From Blastocatellia bacterium (GTDB taxonomy: Bacteria; Acidobacteriota; Blastocatellia; UBA7656): a stretch of DNA of 64,000 nt. The stretch spans positions 800,001 to 864,000 of the forward strand of contig CAVXWP010000001.1 in the NCBI GenBank assembly GCA_963765495.1. The letters are read 5' to 3'. The notes under the pieces are model-generated. The model saw nothing but the letters and a program-made list of their open reading frames with translations. It had not been told where the DNA came from and searched no databases. The first letter of the stretch is position 1, and every line of letters starts with the position of its first letter. Position numbers and translations under genes: made by a program. Shown one piece after another: positions 38,156-50,098 of this stretch.

Positions 38156-41041
38156 TTATTCGGATTGCGCGAGCGATTGCCTAAGCACGAAAGGCAGGAT
38201 GCCGCCGTGCCGATAGTAATCGACTTCGATAGGCGTATCTATGCGCAGGGTGAGCGGAACCTCTTCGGTGTCGCCGTTTGCGCGATGGATCACGAGCCTT
38301 ACATCCTGACGCGGCCTGATCCCTTCTTCGACGCCTAAAAGGTCAAAGATTTCGGTGCCGTCCAGGTTGAGCGATCCGGCGTTTGTGCCTTCCTTGAACT
38401 GGCAGGGCAAGACGCCCATGCCTACCAGATTGCTGCGGTGTATGCGCTCGAAGCTTTGAGCGACGACCGCCTTCACGCCTAAAAGCAAAGTCCCTTTGGC
38501 TGCCCAGTCGCGTGAGCTTCCGGTCCCGTATTCCTGACCGGCTATGACTACGAGCGGAATGCCTGCGGCCTGATACTTTATCGCCGCGTCATAGATGCTC
38601 ATCTGTTCGCCGTGCGGCTGATGAAGCGTGACGCCGCCTTCGGTGCCCGGAACCATCAGGTTCTTGATTCGGACGTTTGCGAAAGTGCCGCGCACCATCA
38701 CCTGATGATTGCCTCGCCTCGCGCCGTAGCTGTTGAAGTCTCTGATCTCGACGCCGTGTTCTTGCAGATAGAGCCCCGCAGGTGAGGTAGGCTTGATCGC
38801 GCCTGCCGGGCTTATGTGATCCGTAGTAACCGAGTCACCGAATATGGCCAGCGGGCGCGCACCTTTGATGTCGCACACTTCGCCGGGCTGCATGCTGAAT
38901 TTTTCGAAGTAGGGCGGTTCCTGAATGTAGGTCGATTGCGAATCCCATTCGTAAACATCGCCCAGCGTGGATGGTATCTCGTCCCACATGGGGTTTTGCT
39001 CGGCGAAGCTTCCGTAAAGTTCCCGGTAAGTTTCGGGGTCAAATGCCTGCTTCATAACATCGTTGATCTCTTTCATACTCGGCCACAGATCGCGCAGGTA
39101 AACGTCCTCGCCCGCCTCCGTTTTGCCTAGAGGCTCTTCGGCCAGATTGATGTCGACTCGCCCGGCAAGGGCGAAGGCGACCACAAGCGGCGGACTCATA
39201 AGGAAATTTGCCTTCACGCTTTGATGAACGCGCGCCTCGAAATTTCGGTTGCCGCTCAGGACGCTTGCGGCGACCAGATCGTGCTGATTCAGCACCTCTT
39301 CGATTCGGGGGTCGAGCGGGCCGGAATTGCCTATGCAGGTAGTGCAGCCGTAACCGACCAGATTGAAGCCTATTTGATTGAGGTAGGTTTGTAGTCCGGT
39401 CTTTTCCAGATAATCGGTCACAACACGCGAGCCGGGCGCGAGCGATGCCTTAACCGTGGGGCTGAGCGAGAGATTTTTTTCTACGGCTTTCTTTGCCACA
39501 AGACCCGCCGCAAGCATCACGCTCGGGTTTGATGTGTTTGTGCAGGAGGTGATCGCAGCGATGACTACATCGCCGTGGCCTAGATCGACAACCGCGTCGG
39601 GGAACTCTCCGTCTATAACCTCTTCAACGCGGTCAGGGGTGGGACGGTTATTCATCATCTCGGTTTCGGTCCAGGAACTCGTGTTTTTCGTGCTAACCGT
39701 GTCGTGTGTGCTTTCGGGCGCGGTATCGGATCCCTGCTCTCCGCCTCCGGCAAGTGGTCGAACTCTGTCACCCCTATGAAGACCGATCTTTGTCGGATAG
39801 CGTTTGTGAATCTCGGTTTCCGATTTCTTATACCCGCCCTCGGTTGTCGGCTTTCCGAGCAGTTCATAGAATCGATTTTTAAGATTGGTCAGATCGATCC
39901 GGTCCTGCGGGCGTTTTGGCCCCGACACACCCGGCTTAACGTCGGCCAGATCGAGTTCGAGCAACTGGCTGTATTCGCATTCACCCTTGCGCGGGATTCC
40001 GAACATACCCTGCGCCTTGAAATAACTGCGTACCGTCTCGACCTGTTCTTCGGTGCGGCCAGTAGCCTTCAGATAAGCGCAGGTCTCTTCATCGACGGGG
40101 AAAAACCCGAGCGTCGCGCCGTATTCGGGCGACATGTTGGCGATGGTAGCGCGGTCGGGAACCGAGAGCGTAGCCGCGCCTTCGCCGTGATACTCTACGA
40201 ATTTGCCCACGACCTTTGCCCTCCGCAACATCTCCGTGCAGTGCAGCACGAGGTCGGTAGCGGTTACGCCTTCATTGAGTTTGCCCGTCATGTGAACGCC
40301 CACTACATCGGGTGTCAGAAAATAGACGGGCTGGCCGAGCATGCCCGCCTCGGCTTCGATGCCGCCCACACCCCATCCGACTATGCCAAGGCCGTTTATC
40401 ATAGTCGTGTGCGAATCGGTTCCCACGAGCGTATCTGGATAATAAACGCCGTCGCGTTCGATCACACCTTTGGCGAGATATTCCAGATTTACCTGATGGC
40501 ATATGCCTATTCCGGGGGGCACTACGTTGAATCCGTCGAAGGCCTGTCGGCCCCATTTAAGGAACTGGTAACGGGCGCGATTGCGTTTGAACTCCATCTC
40601 CATGTTGAGTTGGAGCGCTTCGGGTATGCTTGAAAAATCGACCTGTACCGAATGATCTATTATAAGATCAACAGGCACAAGCGGTTCGATGATTTTGGTA
40701 TCGCGCCCGATCCGATCAACCGCCGAGCGCATTGCGGCGAGGTCCACAAGCAAAGGCACGCCCGTGAAATCCTGCAAGAGTATTCGCGCGACGACGAAGG
40801 GAATTTCTTCGGTTCGTTCGATGGTTGCCTGCCAGTTGGCAAGCTGGCGAATGTTTTCTTCGGTGATCCGCTTACCGTCATAATTCCGCAGCACGGATTC
40901 AAGCACTACGCGGATGCTGACGGGAAGTTTCGAGATGGGGCCGACTCCTTCTTTTTCAAGTTGAGGCAGGGAGTAAAACTTGCCTGTGCGGTCGGCTGTG
41001 ATGTTGAAGGATTGAAGCGAGTTGAAGAGGTTATGTGTCAT
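38156..41041 (-). CDS. acnA: Aconitate hydratase A
   Basis: [48 protein letters not shown] and [10 protein letters not shown]. Confidence 0.95.
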   Translation of the reverse strand: MTHNLFNSLQSFNITADRTGKFYSLPQLEKEGVGPISKLPVSIRVVLESVLRNYDGKRITEENIRQLANWQATIERTEEIPFVVARILLQDFTGVPLLVDLAAMRSAVDRIGRDTKIIEPLVPVDLIIDHSVQVDFSSIPEALQLNMEMEFKRNRARYQFLKWGRQAFDGFNVVPPGIGICHQVNLEYLAKGVIERDGVYYPDTLVGTDSHTTMINGLGIVGWGVGGIEAEAGMLGQPVYFLTPDVVGVHMTGKLNEGVTATDLVLHCTEMLRRAKVVGKFVEYHGEGAATLSVPDRATIANMSPEYGATLGFFPVDEETCAYLKATGRTEEQVETVRSYFKAQGMFGIPRKGECEYSQLLELDLADVKPGVSGPKRPQDRIDLTNLKNRFYELLGKPTTEGGYKKSETEIHKRYPTKIGLHRGDRVRPLAGGGEQGSDTAPESTHDTVSTKNTSSWTETEMMNNRPTPDRVEEVIDGEFPDAVVDLGHGDVVIAAITSCTNTSNPSVMLAAGLVAKKAVEKNLSLSPTVKASLAPGSRVVTDYLEKTGLQTYLNQIGFNLVGYGCTTCIGNSGPLDPRIEEVLNQHDLVAASVLSGNRNFEARVHQSVKANFLMSPPLVVAFALAGRVDINLAEEPLGKTEAGEDVYLRDLWPSMKEINDVMKQAFDPETYRELYGSFAEQNPMWDEIPSTLGDVYEWDSQSTYIQEPPYFEKFSMQPGEVCDIKGARPLAIFGDSVTTDHISPAGAIKPTSPAGLYLQEHGVEIRDFNSYGARRGNHQVMVRGTFANVRIKNLMVPGTEGGVTLHQPHGEQMSIYDAAIKYQAAGIPLVVIAGQEYGTGSSRDWAAKGTLLLGVKAVVAQSFERIHRSNLVGMGVLPCQFKEGTNAGSLNLDGTEIFDLLGVEEGIRPRQDVRLVIHRANGDTEEVPLTLRIDTPIEVDYYRHGGILPFVLRQSLAQSE

Positions 41042-41596
41042 ATTTTTCAATCATCGGAAATTTGGCGCGGTCCGCCTGCGCGGTTACGCGGCGAGGTTAA
41101 AGTTGGGCTACAAAGTGTGCTTACTACTCTGTGGCCAGTGAAGATTAGTTTAAGTGGCTATCCGGCAGAACGTCAAGCAGGGCGGTGGCCGGTGGTCGGT
41201 GGTCGGTGGTCAGTGGCGAGTAAGTAAAGACTTTGATTAAATCGGAGCGCCCAGAGAGATAAATGGCAATAGGCCACCCATGACACGATGGTTTGTTTTG
41301 CTATGGGCCATCCATTCGCAGATTTCACCCATTCACCCATTGTTGAAATCCATCCATTGAATATCCAGTGAAGGATGCCGGAATTGGGTATATCTTCGTC
41401 TGTCACTTAACAGCAGAACCTCTCGGCCTTCCCTAAGGGCCACGGCAGAGAGTTTCTCAATGAGTTTATTATGAAATCGCTCGTTTCGAATCTGAGCGCC
41501 AGTGCAAATTCAGTTGTTTCGAAGCTGCCGGATTGCGCGGCGTACGCAGTCTATTCGCGAATGCTCCACTTCACTCACTTCAAGGAGACTTCCTGA

Positions 41597-43798
41597 ATGA
41601 AAATGAATAAGCAGATGACCCGTCTCTTAACGCTGATCTTTGTCTTGAGCAGTTTTCCGGTGATCGGTTACGGTCAATCGAACGGCACATTGCGCGGCAA
41701 GGTTACCCTTGAAACCTCTGGAAAACCGGTTCACGGCGTCATCGTGACAATCCTGCAGTTGAGGCGTTCTGCCGACACTGATGATGATGGAACATACGAA
41801 ATTCAGGATGTTCCACCCGGCACCTATGATGTGACTGCGCATCTGGACCGCGTCCCGGATGTAGTACAGTCGGTGCAGGTCACGGAAGGGACTACCACTG
41901 CCGATTTCCAACTACGCCTCAGAGTCGTTGGCGAACAGGTTAATGTTAGCGCGACGGGCGGAGAAGAGACTTCTTTCAACTCCATTCAGTCCGTCACCTC
42001 GCTAACGGCCTCCGAGATTTCGGAGCGGAATACCCAATCATTGGGCAGTGTTCTGGATCACGAGCCTGGTGTTGCCAAGCGGTCGTTTGGACCTGGTAAC
42101 GAACGACCCGTCATCAGGGGGTTTGACGGTGATCGCGTGTTGGTGCTGGAGGATGGCAACCGGATTGGCGCGCTGGGGTTTCAGTCGGGAGATCACACCG
42201 AGCCAATCGACCTTTTGAGCATCGAGCGACTCGAAGTGGTTAAGGGTCCGGCAACCTTGCTCTACGGTAGCAGTGCAATCGGCGGTGTGGTGAACGCCAT
42301 CTCCGAACACGATGCGGCTCATCCCGGTTTGCGCGGGTACATCACAGCCCTTGGCAGCAGCAACAACTGGCAGGGCGGCGGTGGTGGTGGCATCGAATAC
42401 GGCACCAATTCATGGTTGGTTTGGGGCAACGGCAGCGGCCAGCGCGCCGGCGACTACGATACGCCGATTGGACGGATCACAAACTCTTACACCAAAGAAG
42501 GGGCCGGCGACGGCGGCTTCGCCTACTACCCAGGCAAGTCGTTCTTCAGCGTGGGTTACTCCTTTGACAGGCGGCGCTACGGGATTCCTTTCGATCCGGC
42601 GGAAGAAGAACCGGAGATCGTTTTTCTCAATCCTCGGCGACACGCCATTCGTTTCAATGGTGGCTTCCGCGACCTGGATTCATTCGTCACCGACGCGCTG
42701 TTTTCGCTTCAGTACAACGACTATAAGCACGAAGAGACCAATCCCATCGAGAACGTAGTGAACACCACGTTCAAGAACAAGACGTTCATTTATCGCGGCT
42801 CGTTCGACGAGCGCAAATCCGGCAAATGGTCCGGCACCTTCGGCTTCTGGGGGTTGCGGCGTGATTATAGCTCGCTGGGCGAAGAGGCGTTGGCGCCGCC
42901 GACGATTCACAACGCTTTCGCGGTATTCGCGCTTGAGAAGTTAGACTTTGACCGCATCGGTTTCCAGTTTGGCGGTCGCTTCGAGCACAACGGCTACAAC
43001 CCCGCACAAGGCGTCGTCGAACAAGCCACCCCGCCGCGGTCGTTCAACGGTTTTTCAGGCGCAGTTGGTATGCGCATTCCAACCTGGGAGGGCGGCGCCT
43101 TCGTGGTTAACTACACGCATTCATACCGCGCACCGGCGCTCGAGGAGCTTTACAATTTTGGCCCCCACGGCGGCAACGCCACCTTTGAGATCGGCGACCC
43201 GACATTGAAGCACGAAACGAACGATGGCCTGGATGTATCGCTTCGCCATTCTACCAGCCGGGTTCGCGCCGAACTGAACTACTTTTACTATCACCTGAAA
43301 AACTTCATTTTCCTCGCGCCGACCGGTGAAGTGGAAGACGGACTCATAGAGGCCAACTACGCGCAAGGGAAAACCCGATACACCGGAGCGGAGGCTCGAT
43401 TCGACATCGGGCTGAGCCATAATCTGTGGTTGCTCTCAGGGCTTGACTATGTCAACGCCAAACTGACCGATACAGACACGCCGCTGCCGCGCATTCCGCC
43501 ACTGCGTGGCCGCATCGGATTCGAAGCAACGTATAAGGGTTTGCGCTTCGCCCCGGAAGCCGTGATGTCGAAAGATCAGGATCGGATATTCCCGACCGAG
43601 ACACGAACCGCAGGGTACGCGGTATTCAATGTGAATGCGTCATACATCTTTCCGCACCAGCACTACGCTCAGACTATCTCGGTTACGGCCTTTAACCTTG
43701 GTGATCGCCTGTACCGCAATCACCTGTCGTTCATAAAAGAATTCGCGCCGGAGATAGGGCGAGGTGTCCGGCTGACATATTCGTTGAGATTCTTCTGA
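41597..43798 (+). CDS. TonB-dependent receptor (ZnuD-like, metal uptake)
   Basis: RPVIRGFDGDRV, DH..PID, GPATLLYGS.AIGGVVN, GPH, YRNHLS and C-terminal F; adjacent to a ZIP transporter. Confidence 0.85.
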   Translation: MKMNKQMTRLLTLIFVLSSFPVIGYGQSNGTLRGKVTLETSGKPVHGVIVTILQLRRSADTDDDGTYEIQDVPPGTYDVTAHLDRVPDVVQSVQVTEGTTTADFQLRLRVVGEQVNVSATGGEETSFNSIQSVTSLTASEISERNTQSLGSVLDHEPGVAKRSFGPGNERPVIRGFDGDRVLVLEDGNRIGALGFQSGDHTEPIDLLSIERLEVVKGPATLLYGSSAIGGVVNAISEHDAAHPGLRGYITALGSSNNWQGGGGGGIEYGTNSWLVWGNGSGQRAGDYDTPIGRITNSYTKEGAGDGGFAYYPGKSFFSVGYSFDRRRYGIPFDPAEEEPEIVFLNPRRHAIRFNGGFRDLDSFVTDALFSLQYNDYKHEETNPIENVVNTTFKNKTFIYRGSFDERKSGKWSGTFGFWGLRRDYSSLGEEALAPPTIHNAFAVFALEKLDFDRIGFQFGGRFEHNGYNPAQGVVEQATPPRSFNGFSGAVGMRIPTWEGGAFVVNYTHSYRAPALEELYNFGPHGGNATFEIGDPTLKHETNDGLDVSLRHSTSRVRAELNYFYYHLKNFIFLAPTGEVEDGLIEANYAQGKTRYTGAEARFDIGLSHNLWLLSGLDYVNAKLTDTDTPLPRIPPLRGRIGFEATYKGLRFAPEAVMSKDQDRIFPTETRTAGYAVFNVNASYIFPHQHYAQTISVTAFNLGDRLYRNHLSFIKEFAPEIGRGVRLTYSLRFF

Positions 43799-43843
43799 AT
43801 GTTTCAATAGGAAAGCTCACCTCAAATTAAGAACGGATGTGCT

Positions 43844-43887
43844 AGTACTCCTGTTATTGCTCGTTACAATAGCAGGAGTACTTTTTT
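43844..43887 (+). terminator. Intrinsic terminator
   Basis: AGTACTCCTGTTATTG/CAATAGCAGGAGTACT stem followed by a T run. Confidence 0.75.
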
Positions 43888-43920
43888 ATCAATTTTACGG
43901 TTAGACTCAAAGAGGAAGTC

Positions 43921-44670
43921 ATGTCAGCTCGCGGCATATATGCGATTGTAAGCGTCATAGTGGTAAGCGTGATCTCGCTGATCGGAATCGCCTTCATCTC
44001 GATCAGCGATGAGAGAATGAGAAGAATAGACTTCTTCCTGGTCAGCCTGGCAGCGGGTAGTCTTTTCGGCGATGCTTTTATCCATCTATTGCCGGAAGCG
44101 TTTGCGAAGACCGAGACGAGAGTGGAAGTTTCCATATATGTGCTGGCCGGGATATTCGCCTTCTTTATACTGGAAAAATTTCTGCTTTGGCGACACGAGC
44201 ATTCGTTGAAATCCGAGAGTTCCATACACCCTGTCGGCTATATGAACCTGTTTGCCGATGGCGTGCATAACTTGATAGACGGGCTGATTATCGGCGCATC
44301 TTATCTGATCAGTACTCGGGTTGGAATTGCTACTACGCTGGCCGTCATCCTGCACGAGATACCGCAGGAAATAGGTGACTTTGGCGTCTTGATTTACGCC
44401 GGATTCAGCAAGCCTAAGGCTCTGCTGTTCAACTTTCTATCGCCGACATTCGCTGTGGTGGGAACCATCATTGCGCTGCTGGTAGGTTCGAATGTGGCAA
44501 CCTTCACGGCGTTGATGCTGCCACTTGCGGCAGGGGGCTTCATTTACATTGCCGGGTCCGATCTTATACCGGCACTCCAAAAAGAGGTATCAGCATCGAA
44601 TTCGGTGGTGCAACTGATCGCGATGGGAACAGGCGTTGGTATGATGCTCTTACTCATCTTGCTGGAATGA
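43921..44670 (+). CDS. ZIP-family metal transporter
   Basis: HLLPEA, DGVHNLIDG, HEIPQEIGDFG and AGGFIYIA. Confidence 0.92.
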   Translation: MSARGIYAIVSVIVVSVISLIGIAFISISDERMRRIDFFLVSLAAGSLFGDAFIHLLPEAFAKTETRVEVSIYVLAGIFAFFILEKFLLWRHEHSLKSESSIHPVGYMNLFADGVHNLIDGLIIGASYLISTRVGIATTLAVILHEIPQEIGDFGVLIYAGFSKPKALLFNFLSPTFAVVGTIIALLVGSNVATFTALMLPLAAGGFIYIAGSDLIPALQKEVSASNSVVQLIAMGTGVGMMLLLILLE

Positions 44671-44966
44671 TACAACCTCGATGAGGAAAGGACGCGCCAC
44701 TTGGTCTGGACAGCTTGGGAAGCTGAATTCTCATCTCCGGTCATTGCCAATTCCGCCCGCCTCCCTGGAATGAGAGAGCAGGATTGAGGGGGTCTATTCT
44801 TCCAAATGCAATGGTGCGTAGGCTTCCGCCATTGGCCGCAAAGAATCACCTGTTGAACTGCCTTTATAGCCCATCCATTGAAAACCGATTTTGCGATTGA
44901 GTCTGCGTGATTAAGCTCTACTCCACTCACTAGTTTCAAGGAATTAATTTCCGCTGCACAAAAGTA

Positions 44967-46031
44967 ATGGCTGATAAGGGCTTATATTCTCAAAGACAGT
45001 TTGACACCCTGAAAAGCTATTCCTCCAGCCTTGCACCTGCCGTCCTGATCCCAGCTTTGTTGATCTCCGCTTTTTTCCTGCTGACATGTGCTGCGCTTTG
45101 CCGACAGAATTCTTTCTCCGGGCAGACTGAAATCGGTAAGAGCGATGAGCACATCAATCCCGATAAGAAGAGAAGTAATCAAACCGATCAGAAGATTCTG
45201 ATTGAGACTGACCTGGTGAACTTGACGGTGACGGTTACAGATTCTCATGGACGATTCATTTCCGGGCTGACGAAAGATCGCTTCCTTGTCTACGATAAAG
45301 GCGTCGAGCAACAAATCGCGCACTTTTCCAATGAGGACTCTCCAGTCTCGCTCGGAATAGTTTTTGACGTATCGCATTCGATGAAGGACCGGATGAAGCA
45401 ATCCGTGCGCGCTCTGAAGCGATTTCTTGAGACCTCACACGCGGATGATGACCTCTTTCTGATTATATTCAATGACAGGGCCAGACTGGCGCAGGATTTC
45501 ACGACCTCTGGCGATCAAATCATCGAGCGTTTGAGACTTACAAAACCGAGCGGCTCGACGGCGCTTTATGACGCTGTCTATCTGGCCATTGAGAAGGTGC
45601 AACAGGGGCGTCATCCGAAGAGAGCCATCCTCATTATCTCCGATGGCGAAGACAATAACAGCCGTTATAACAGCAGTGAACTTCGCGCACGGGTCAGAGA
45701 GGCTGATGTGCAGATTTACGCGATAGGACTTATAGACGCTTTTTCAGAAAATTTTTCATCTTCTATGGATGGGCGCAAACTGCTTGAAGGAATCACCCGG
45801 ATGACCGGAGGCCGCGCTTTCTTTCCAAATGCATACAAGGAGGAACTGCTCGTTGAAATATGCGCGCGAATCGCGCTTGAGCTTAGGTGCCAGTATTCAA
45901 TTGGATTTTACCCAAGCAGCAAAGCTCACGATGGCACCTGGCATAAAATTCAGGTGAAGGTCAAACCGCCAAAAGGTTTTGGACGGGTATCACTGTCGCA
46001 TAGGGAAGGCTATCAATCCATAAAGAGATGA
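44967..46031 (+). CDS. VWA-domain protein (acidobacterial VWFA-related type)
   Basis: LVNL.VTVTD..GRF..GL, DVSHS MIDAS, TALYDAV, ISDGEDN.S and QYSIGF. Confidence 0.85.
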   Translation: MADKGLYSQRQFDTLKSYSSSLAPAVLIPALLISAFFLLTCAALCRQNSFSGQTEIGKSDEHINPDKKRSNQTDQKILIETDLVNLTVTVTDSHGRFISGLTKDRFLVYDKGVEQQIAHFSNEDSPVSLGIVFDVSHSMKDRMKQSVRALKRFLETSHADDDLFLIIFNDRARLAQDFTTSGDQIIERLRLTKPSGSTALYDAVYLAIEKVQQGRHPKRAILIISDGEDNNSRYNSSELRARVREADVQIYAIGLIDAFSENFSSSMDGRKLLEGITRMTGGRAFFPNAYKEELLVEICARIALELRCQYSIGFYPSSKAHDGTWHKIQVKVKPPKGFGRVSLSHREGYQSIKR

Positions 46032-46665
46032 TTGCGTACTTCTCACCTTATAAACCAATGTAGTTCTCTTGGAAGCCTTCGGGGGCTATTGACTGGGAGG
46101 ACGCTTCCTGATGCAAGCCTCTGCCTGGAGACTCAGAATGGTAACAGGGCAGCGAGCCTGTGTTCGCTGCCCTGCACTTGCTAAGGAGAATAATTCTCTG
46201 CATTCGGCAAGGAGTCGTAGCGGAGAAATTCACCGCCGCAATAGTATATTGATAAGCGACACAGGTGTGACTGATTTTCAATAAATTGTCGAAGGTGGGA
46301 GGTGAATGGTTTTTATTTCAGGATGGCCGGCATAAAGACGATTTATCACTGTAAGGACTATAACCCTTCGTTTGCAGCGCCGTTCTCCTTAAAAGGAATC
46401 TTACGCCTCGCGCTTCTTCGGCATTCAATTCATTACAGATAGTGTCTCCCGCACTACCATCCGCTTCAGAAGCGTGAGGCGTTCTCTCAACAGATGCATA
46501 AGAGTAACTTCATGGGAAAGGCTGCGTAACTCTTTTTCAATGAGCGGCAGTTAAAGCGGGATCAGAAACCTGAAAGCGGATGTGGATGGTAACGTTGCTG
46601 TTGTTAGCTTGCGATTTTGAAAGCGGGTATCGCAATGAGAAAGAACTGTCTGGTGAAGTCGCTGA

Positions 46666-47442
46666 TTACAACCGCAGTAGTTGCTCGCGCAGTACACGCG
46701 ATTGCAGCCGGCTGACTTGAAGCTGCTGCTCATTGGTCAGAGTGACGATATAGGTCCCGCCCGGCATCGCATTCACTCGCGCAATCATCTCGACATTGGC
46801 TAGCGTTCCGCGACTGAGCCGCACGAAGCGTTGAGGATCAAGCCGGGCTTCGAGGTCTTTCAAACGGTAGGTGATCGTATAGCAGTCCTTTTTTTCAGTA
46901 GTTATTCGCAGCAATTCCCCGTCGGCGACAATGGATGCAATCTGGTTGGTCGAAACAAGCACGATTTCATCGCGCCGACGGATCGGCAGCCGCTCAAGGT
47001 AAGGTGAGCGCGTCGCGGCCTCGTAGTCATCGGTGGCGGCGCGGACTCGGGCAGTCTCCTCCGAGCGGAAGTCTTCGCGTTCCAATCGCTCGTGCGCACG
47101 GTTGAGCGCCTCTCTGAGCCGTGCGCGGTCAACCGGTTTCAGAAGATAATCTACCGCATTCATATCAAACGCCTGCACGGCGTACTCATCGTAAGCGGTG
47201 ACAAAGGCGACAAGCGGCATTCGGTTTTTCTTGAGCAAGCGCACAACACCCAGGCCATCCACTTCCGGCATTTGCAGATCGAGCAACACCAGGTCCGGTC
47301 GCTCGCGCTCGATGATTTCGACCGCTTCTACGCCATTCTCCGCCTCGCCGACGATTTCAACATCCTCAAAAGCGCGCAGCATCGCAGCGAGAAAAGAACG
47401 GGCCGGTCGCTCGTCGTCGGCGATTACTACGCGGAGTTTCAT
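46666..47442 (-). CDS. LytTR-family response regulator
   Basis: IADDE, LDLQMP, FVTAYDEYA, YLLKP and LEARLDP..F.R.SR. Confidence 0.92.
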   Translation of the reverse strand: MKLRVVIADDERPARSFLAAMLRAFEDVEIVGEAENGVEAVEIIERERPDLVLLDLQMPEVDGLGVVRLLKKNRMPLVAFVTAYDEYAVQAFDMNAVDYLLKPVDRARLREALNRAHERLEREDFRSEETARVRAATDDYEAATRSPYLERLPIRRRDEIVLVSTNQIASIVADGELLRITTEKKDCYTITYRLKDLEARLDPQRFVRLSRGTLANVEMIARVNAMPGGTYIVTLTNEQQLQVSRLQSRVLREQLLRL

Positions 47443-47444
47443 AT

Positions 47445-49532
47445 TTATGCGCGCCTCCTCCGGGTTGCGCTTGTAGACAAGGCTCCTTCACCCGATGGCT
47501 TGATCGAAACGGGCAGCCACGCTTCGACTTTAGTTCCGACGCCGCGCAGACTCTCTATCGCCAGATGCGCGGCAGACCCGTAATAGCATGCGAGGCGCTG
47601 CTCGACATTGGCGATTCCCAGCCCGCGCTTGCGACCATGCGCCATTTCGATCTCGCTCACGCCTGCCCCGGTATCTCGCACGGTTATGCACAATAGCTGT
47701 GTCTCTTCGGACTCGTCGCCTCTATCTTCGATGCGCGCCGAGATGATGACCTCTCCACCTGAGCGATGAGGAGCGATGCCATGCTTGATGGCGTTTTCCA
47801 CCAGAGGCTGGATTAGCAAAGGCGGGATGCGAATCGGAGAGAGGCTCGCAGGCACTTCGATTGAAACCCGCAATCGTTCTTCAAATCTGGCTCGCTCGAT
47901 ATCCAGATAAGATTCGATCAGGGCAATTTCCTCGCCCAGAGCGACAAACTCTCCGCCCGTACGCAAGACGCCGCGCAACAGCTCTGTGAGTCGCATCAAC
48001 GTGCCCAGCGCACGCGCCGGGGCGGTTTGGATCAAGAAACCAATGGTCGTGAGCGCGTTGAAGAGGAAGTGCGGATTGATCTGCGCTCTGAGAGCACGCA
48101 GTTCGGCTTCGGTTGCCAGCTTGCTGATCTCTTGCTCGCGCAGGTTCTGTTCGCATCTTTCGTGCGTGATCCGCAAGCCATCTATCCGGCGCGCGAGGGT
48201 GAAAGCCACTCCCTCAAGCATCGCGAGATCATCCGACAACAACCGTCTCCCGGCAGAAAGCTCGCCGATGATGAGCGTGTAGCGCGGCGGTTCGGTTGTC
48301 GGGATGATTACAATGGCACCGGTGTCGTGCGGGTCCGTCAGTACGATTCGGTCAATTCGATCAATCTGGAATGAACGATTTGCAGCAAGCTCTCCGGCTT
48401 CAAGACTTTGATAAAGAGTAGGAGTTGATCGGGCAAATAACTCTGCGCTTCCTCCACCCGTTTCCGCTTGATCGAGTTTGATCCAATTCATCCCGCGCGA
48501 ACTGAGCGCGGGCGCAAGGCAACTGCAAACTTCATCCAGAATTGCGATGACATCCTCTCTGGTTGCGGTCAGTCGCGTGATCTGCGCGCGCAATTCATCG
48601 TAATCGGGACGTCGCAACACAACCTTATCGACAAAAGCGCCAACGGCCCTGCGTAGCGCCGGGTAGGCGAGCGCCGTCATCACCCACAATCCAAGTAGCG
48701 CGCCCACCGCAAGCGGCTCCGAATGTCTTTCTTCCCCGCCCGATAGGAACTGGCTGGCGACTCCCAGATAGAGGGCAAACGACATCGCGACAAGCACGAC
48801 GAGCGAGAGCGCCCGCTTCAAAAAGATGTCGGCGAGCGCAAACTTGTAATCCTGGTACAGAATCGCGAGCGCCAGCGGCAAAGAAGCATGGTGGCCGATC
48901 AGTTCGACCGGCCACGAATATTGATCGCCTTCGTGATGGCTGAGGTGTAGAGCCGAGACGGCAAATACCGACAGCGCGACAAACCAGAGCACCCGTGACC
49001 GGTCAGGCTGTCGCCGCGTCAACAGCAGCAACGGAATAATCAGAGCGCCGAAACTGAGCGTCAGCAGAAGCAACGCGCGTCGCGACGGGGCCGTATGCTC
49101 AAAGATCGCCGAGTGAAAGTGCAACCCGGAGGCGACCAGGCTCAATAAATAGGCCGCGACGACTAACCATACTTCGTTCTTGCGCTCGGCGGGTCTCTGG
49201 TGGTTTCTGAGGGCGGTATGAACGACGACGGCCGGGAGAAAACCAAGCGCCGTGAAGGCGGTTGCAGTAAGCAGGGGGGGTAACTCGCCAACGCCAAGAT
49301 CACGCAGGCCGTAGGCAGCCAGAGCAACCAGATTCCAGAATAAACCTAAGATGGCAGTGGCCAATGGCAGAAGGTCTTCGGGTAGCGACGACCGCCTCAA
49401 ATCAGTCGGCAAGCTCAAGCCGCGAGAGCTGCGCAGTCCGCGCAAAACCATCACCAGCAACATCGCATATAGCGTCGCGCCGGTAATGAAACCGATTAGA
49501 TTGACCAGAACAGCCGCGTCTCTGGAGGTCAT
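47445..49532 (-). CDS. LytS/YehU-type sensor histidine kinase
   Basis: Multi-TM N-terminus; LRAQINPHFLFNAL, QPLVENAIKHG, DTGAG and GLGIANV. Confidence 0.9.
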   Translation of the reverse strand: MTSRDAAVLVNLIGFITGATLYAMLLVMVLRGLRSSRGLSLPTDLRRSSLPEDLLPLATAILGLFWNLVALAAYGLRDLGVGELPPLLTATAFTALGFLPAVVVHTALRNHQRPAERKNEVWLVVAAYLLSLVASGLHFHSAIFEHTAPSRRALLLLTLSFGALIIPLLLLTRRQPDRSRVLWFVALSVFAVSALHLSHHEGDQYSWPVELIGHHASLPLALAILYQDYKFALADIFLKRALSLVVLVAMSFALYLGVASQFLSGGEERHSEPLAVGALLGLWVMTALAYPALRRAVGAFVDKVVLRRPDYDELRAQITRLTATREDVIAILDEVCSCLAPALSSRGMNWIKLDQAETGGGSAELFARSTPTLYQSLEAGELAANRSFQIDRIDRIVLTDPHDTGAIVIIPTTEPPRYTLIIGELSAGRRLLSDDLAMLEGVAFTLARRIDGLRITHERCEQNLREQEISKLATEAELRALRAQINPHFLFNALTTIGFLIQTAPARALGTLMRLTELLRGVLRTGGEFVALGEEIALIESYLDIERARFEERLRVSIEVPASLSPIRIPPLLIQPLVENAIKHGIAPHRSGGEVIISARIEDRGDESEETQLLCITVRDTGAGVSEIEMAHGRKRGLGIANVEQRLACYYGSAAHLAIESLRGVGTKVEAWLPVSIKPSGEGALSTSATRRRRA

Positions 49533-50098
49533 AATATGCTACTCGTGGTTTGAGAACTATAAAATTGCCGACATCGTTTAACGCCGTCGCAGATTGTAAT
49601 CGCAAAGGCCCTCGGCGGCAACGTACTGCCAACCAATAGGGGTTCTGGACAGATGAATGGATGGGAATTGAGGTTCAGTGGTTATCCAGCCATGCCCAAA
49701 TTAAGCTATGGCAAGCCCTTCCAGTAATTCTTACGTGCGTCGCTTCTAAGACAATGTTTGACAAAGCTCTTTTCTTGTGGTTCAATCGGCCTACCCAAAG
49801 AAGTTCTAATAGCCCCCTGGCAGTACGCAGGAATTATCCGGGCCTCCTTCATTCGGATGTTTACCGAAGTTGGAGGGTTTGTGTTGTCCCGGAGTGGCAG
49901 GCCCCCTCACGAATAAGTACAAGTGTAGTTGAGGGCAAGCAGTGACTGTTTGAGTCGAGAGGCGATACCGGCAATTTCCTCAGGTTTCAAGTATTTTGCC
50001 GCCGGTTCGTGGGAACGCGTCAAGTGCTCTACAGAGTCCAGGCTTGTAAAGCAAAAATAGATCCGGGGCTAGCCGGGTTCCTCATACAGGAGGCAAGT

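Noticed and set aside
39600-39790. Low-complexity insertion in AcnA as a possible intein
   Set aside because: No C/S...HN-C/S/T splice motifs; it lies in a variable linker where AcnA proteins often have insertions.
41050-41597. Cobalamin riboswitch or Zur/Fur box upstream of the TonB receptor
   Set aside because: No B12 box and no convincing palindrome; only short repeats and a weak hairpin.
46031-46666. 635-bp intergenic gap as ncRNA or pseudogene
   Set aside because: Only one hairpin (about 46145-46174) and short ORFs without RBS or motifs; not supportable.
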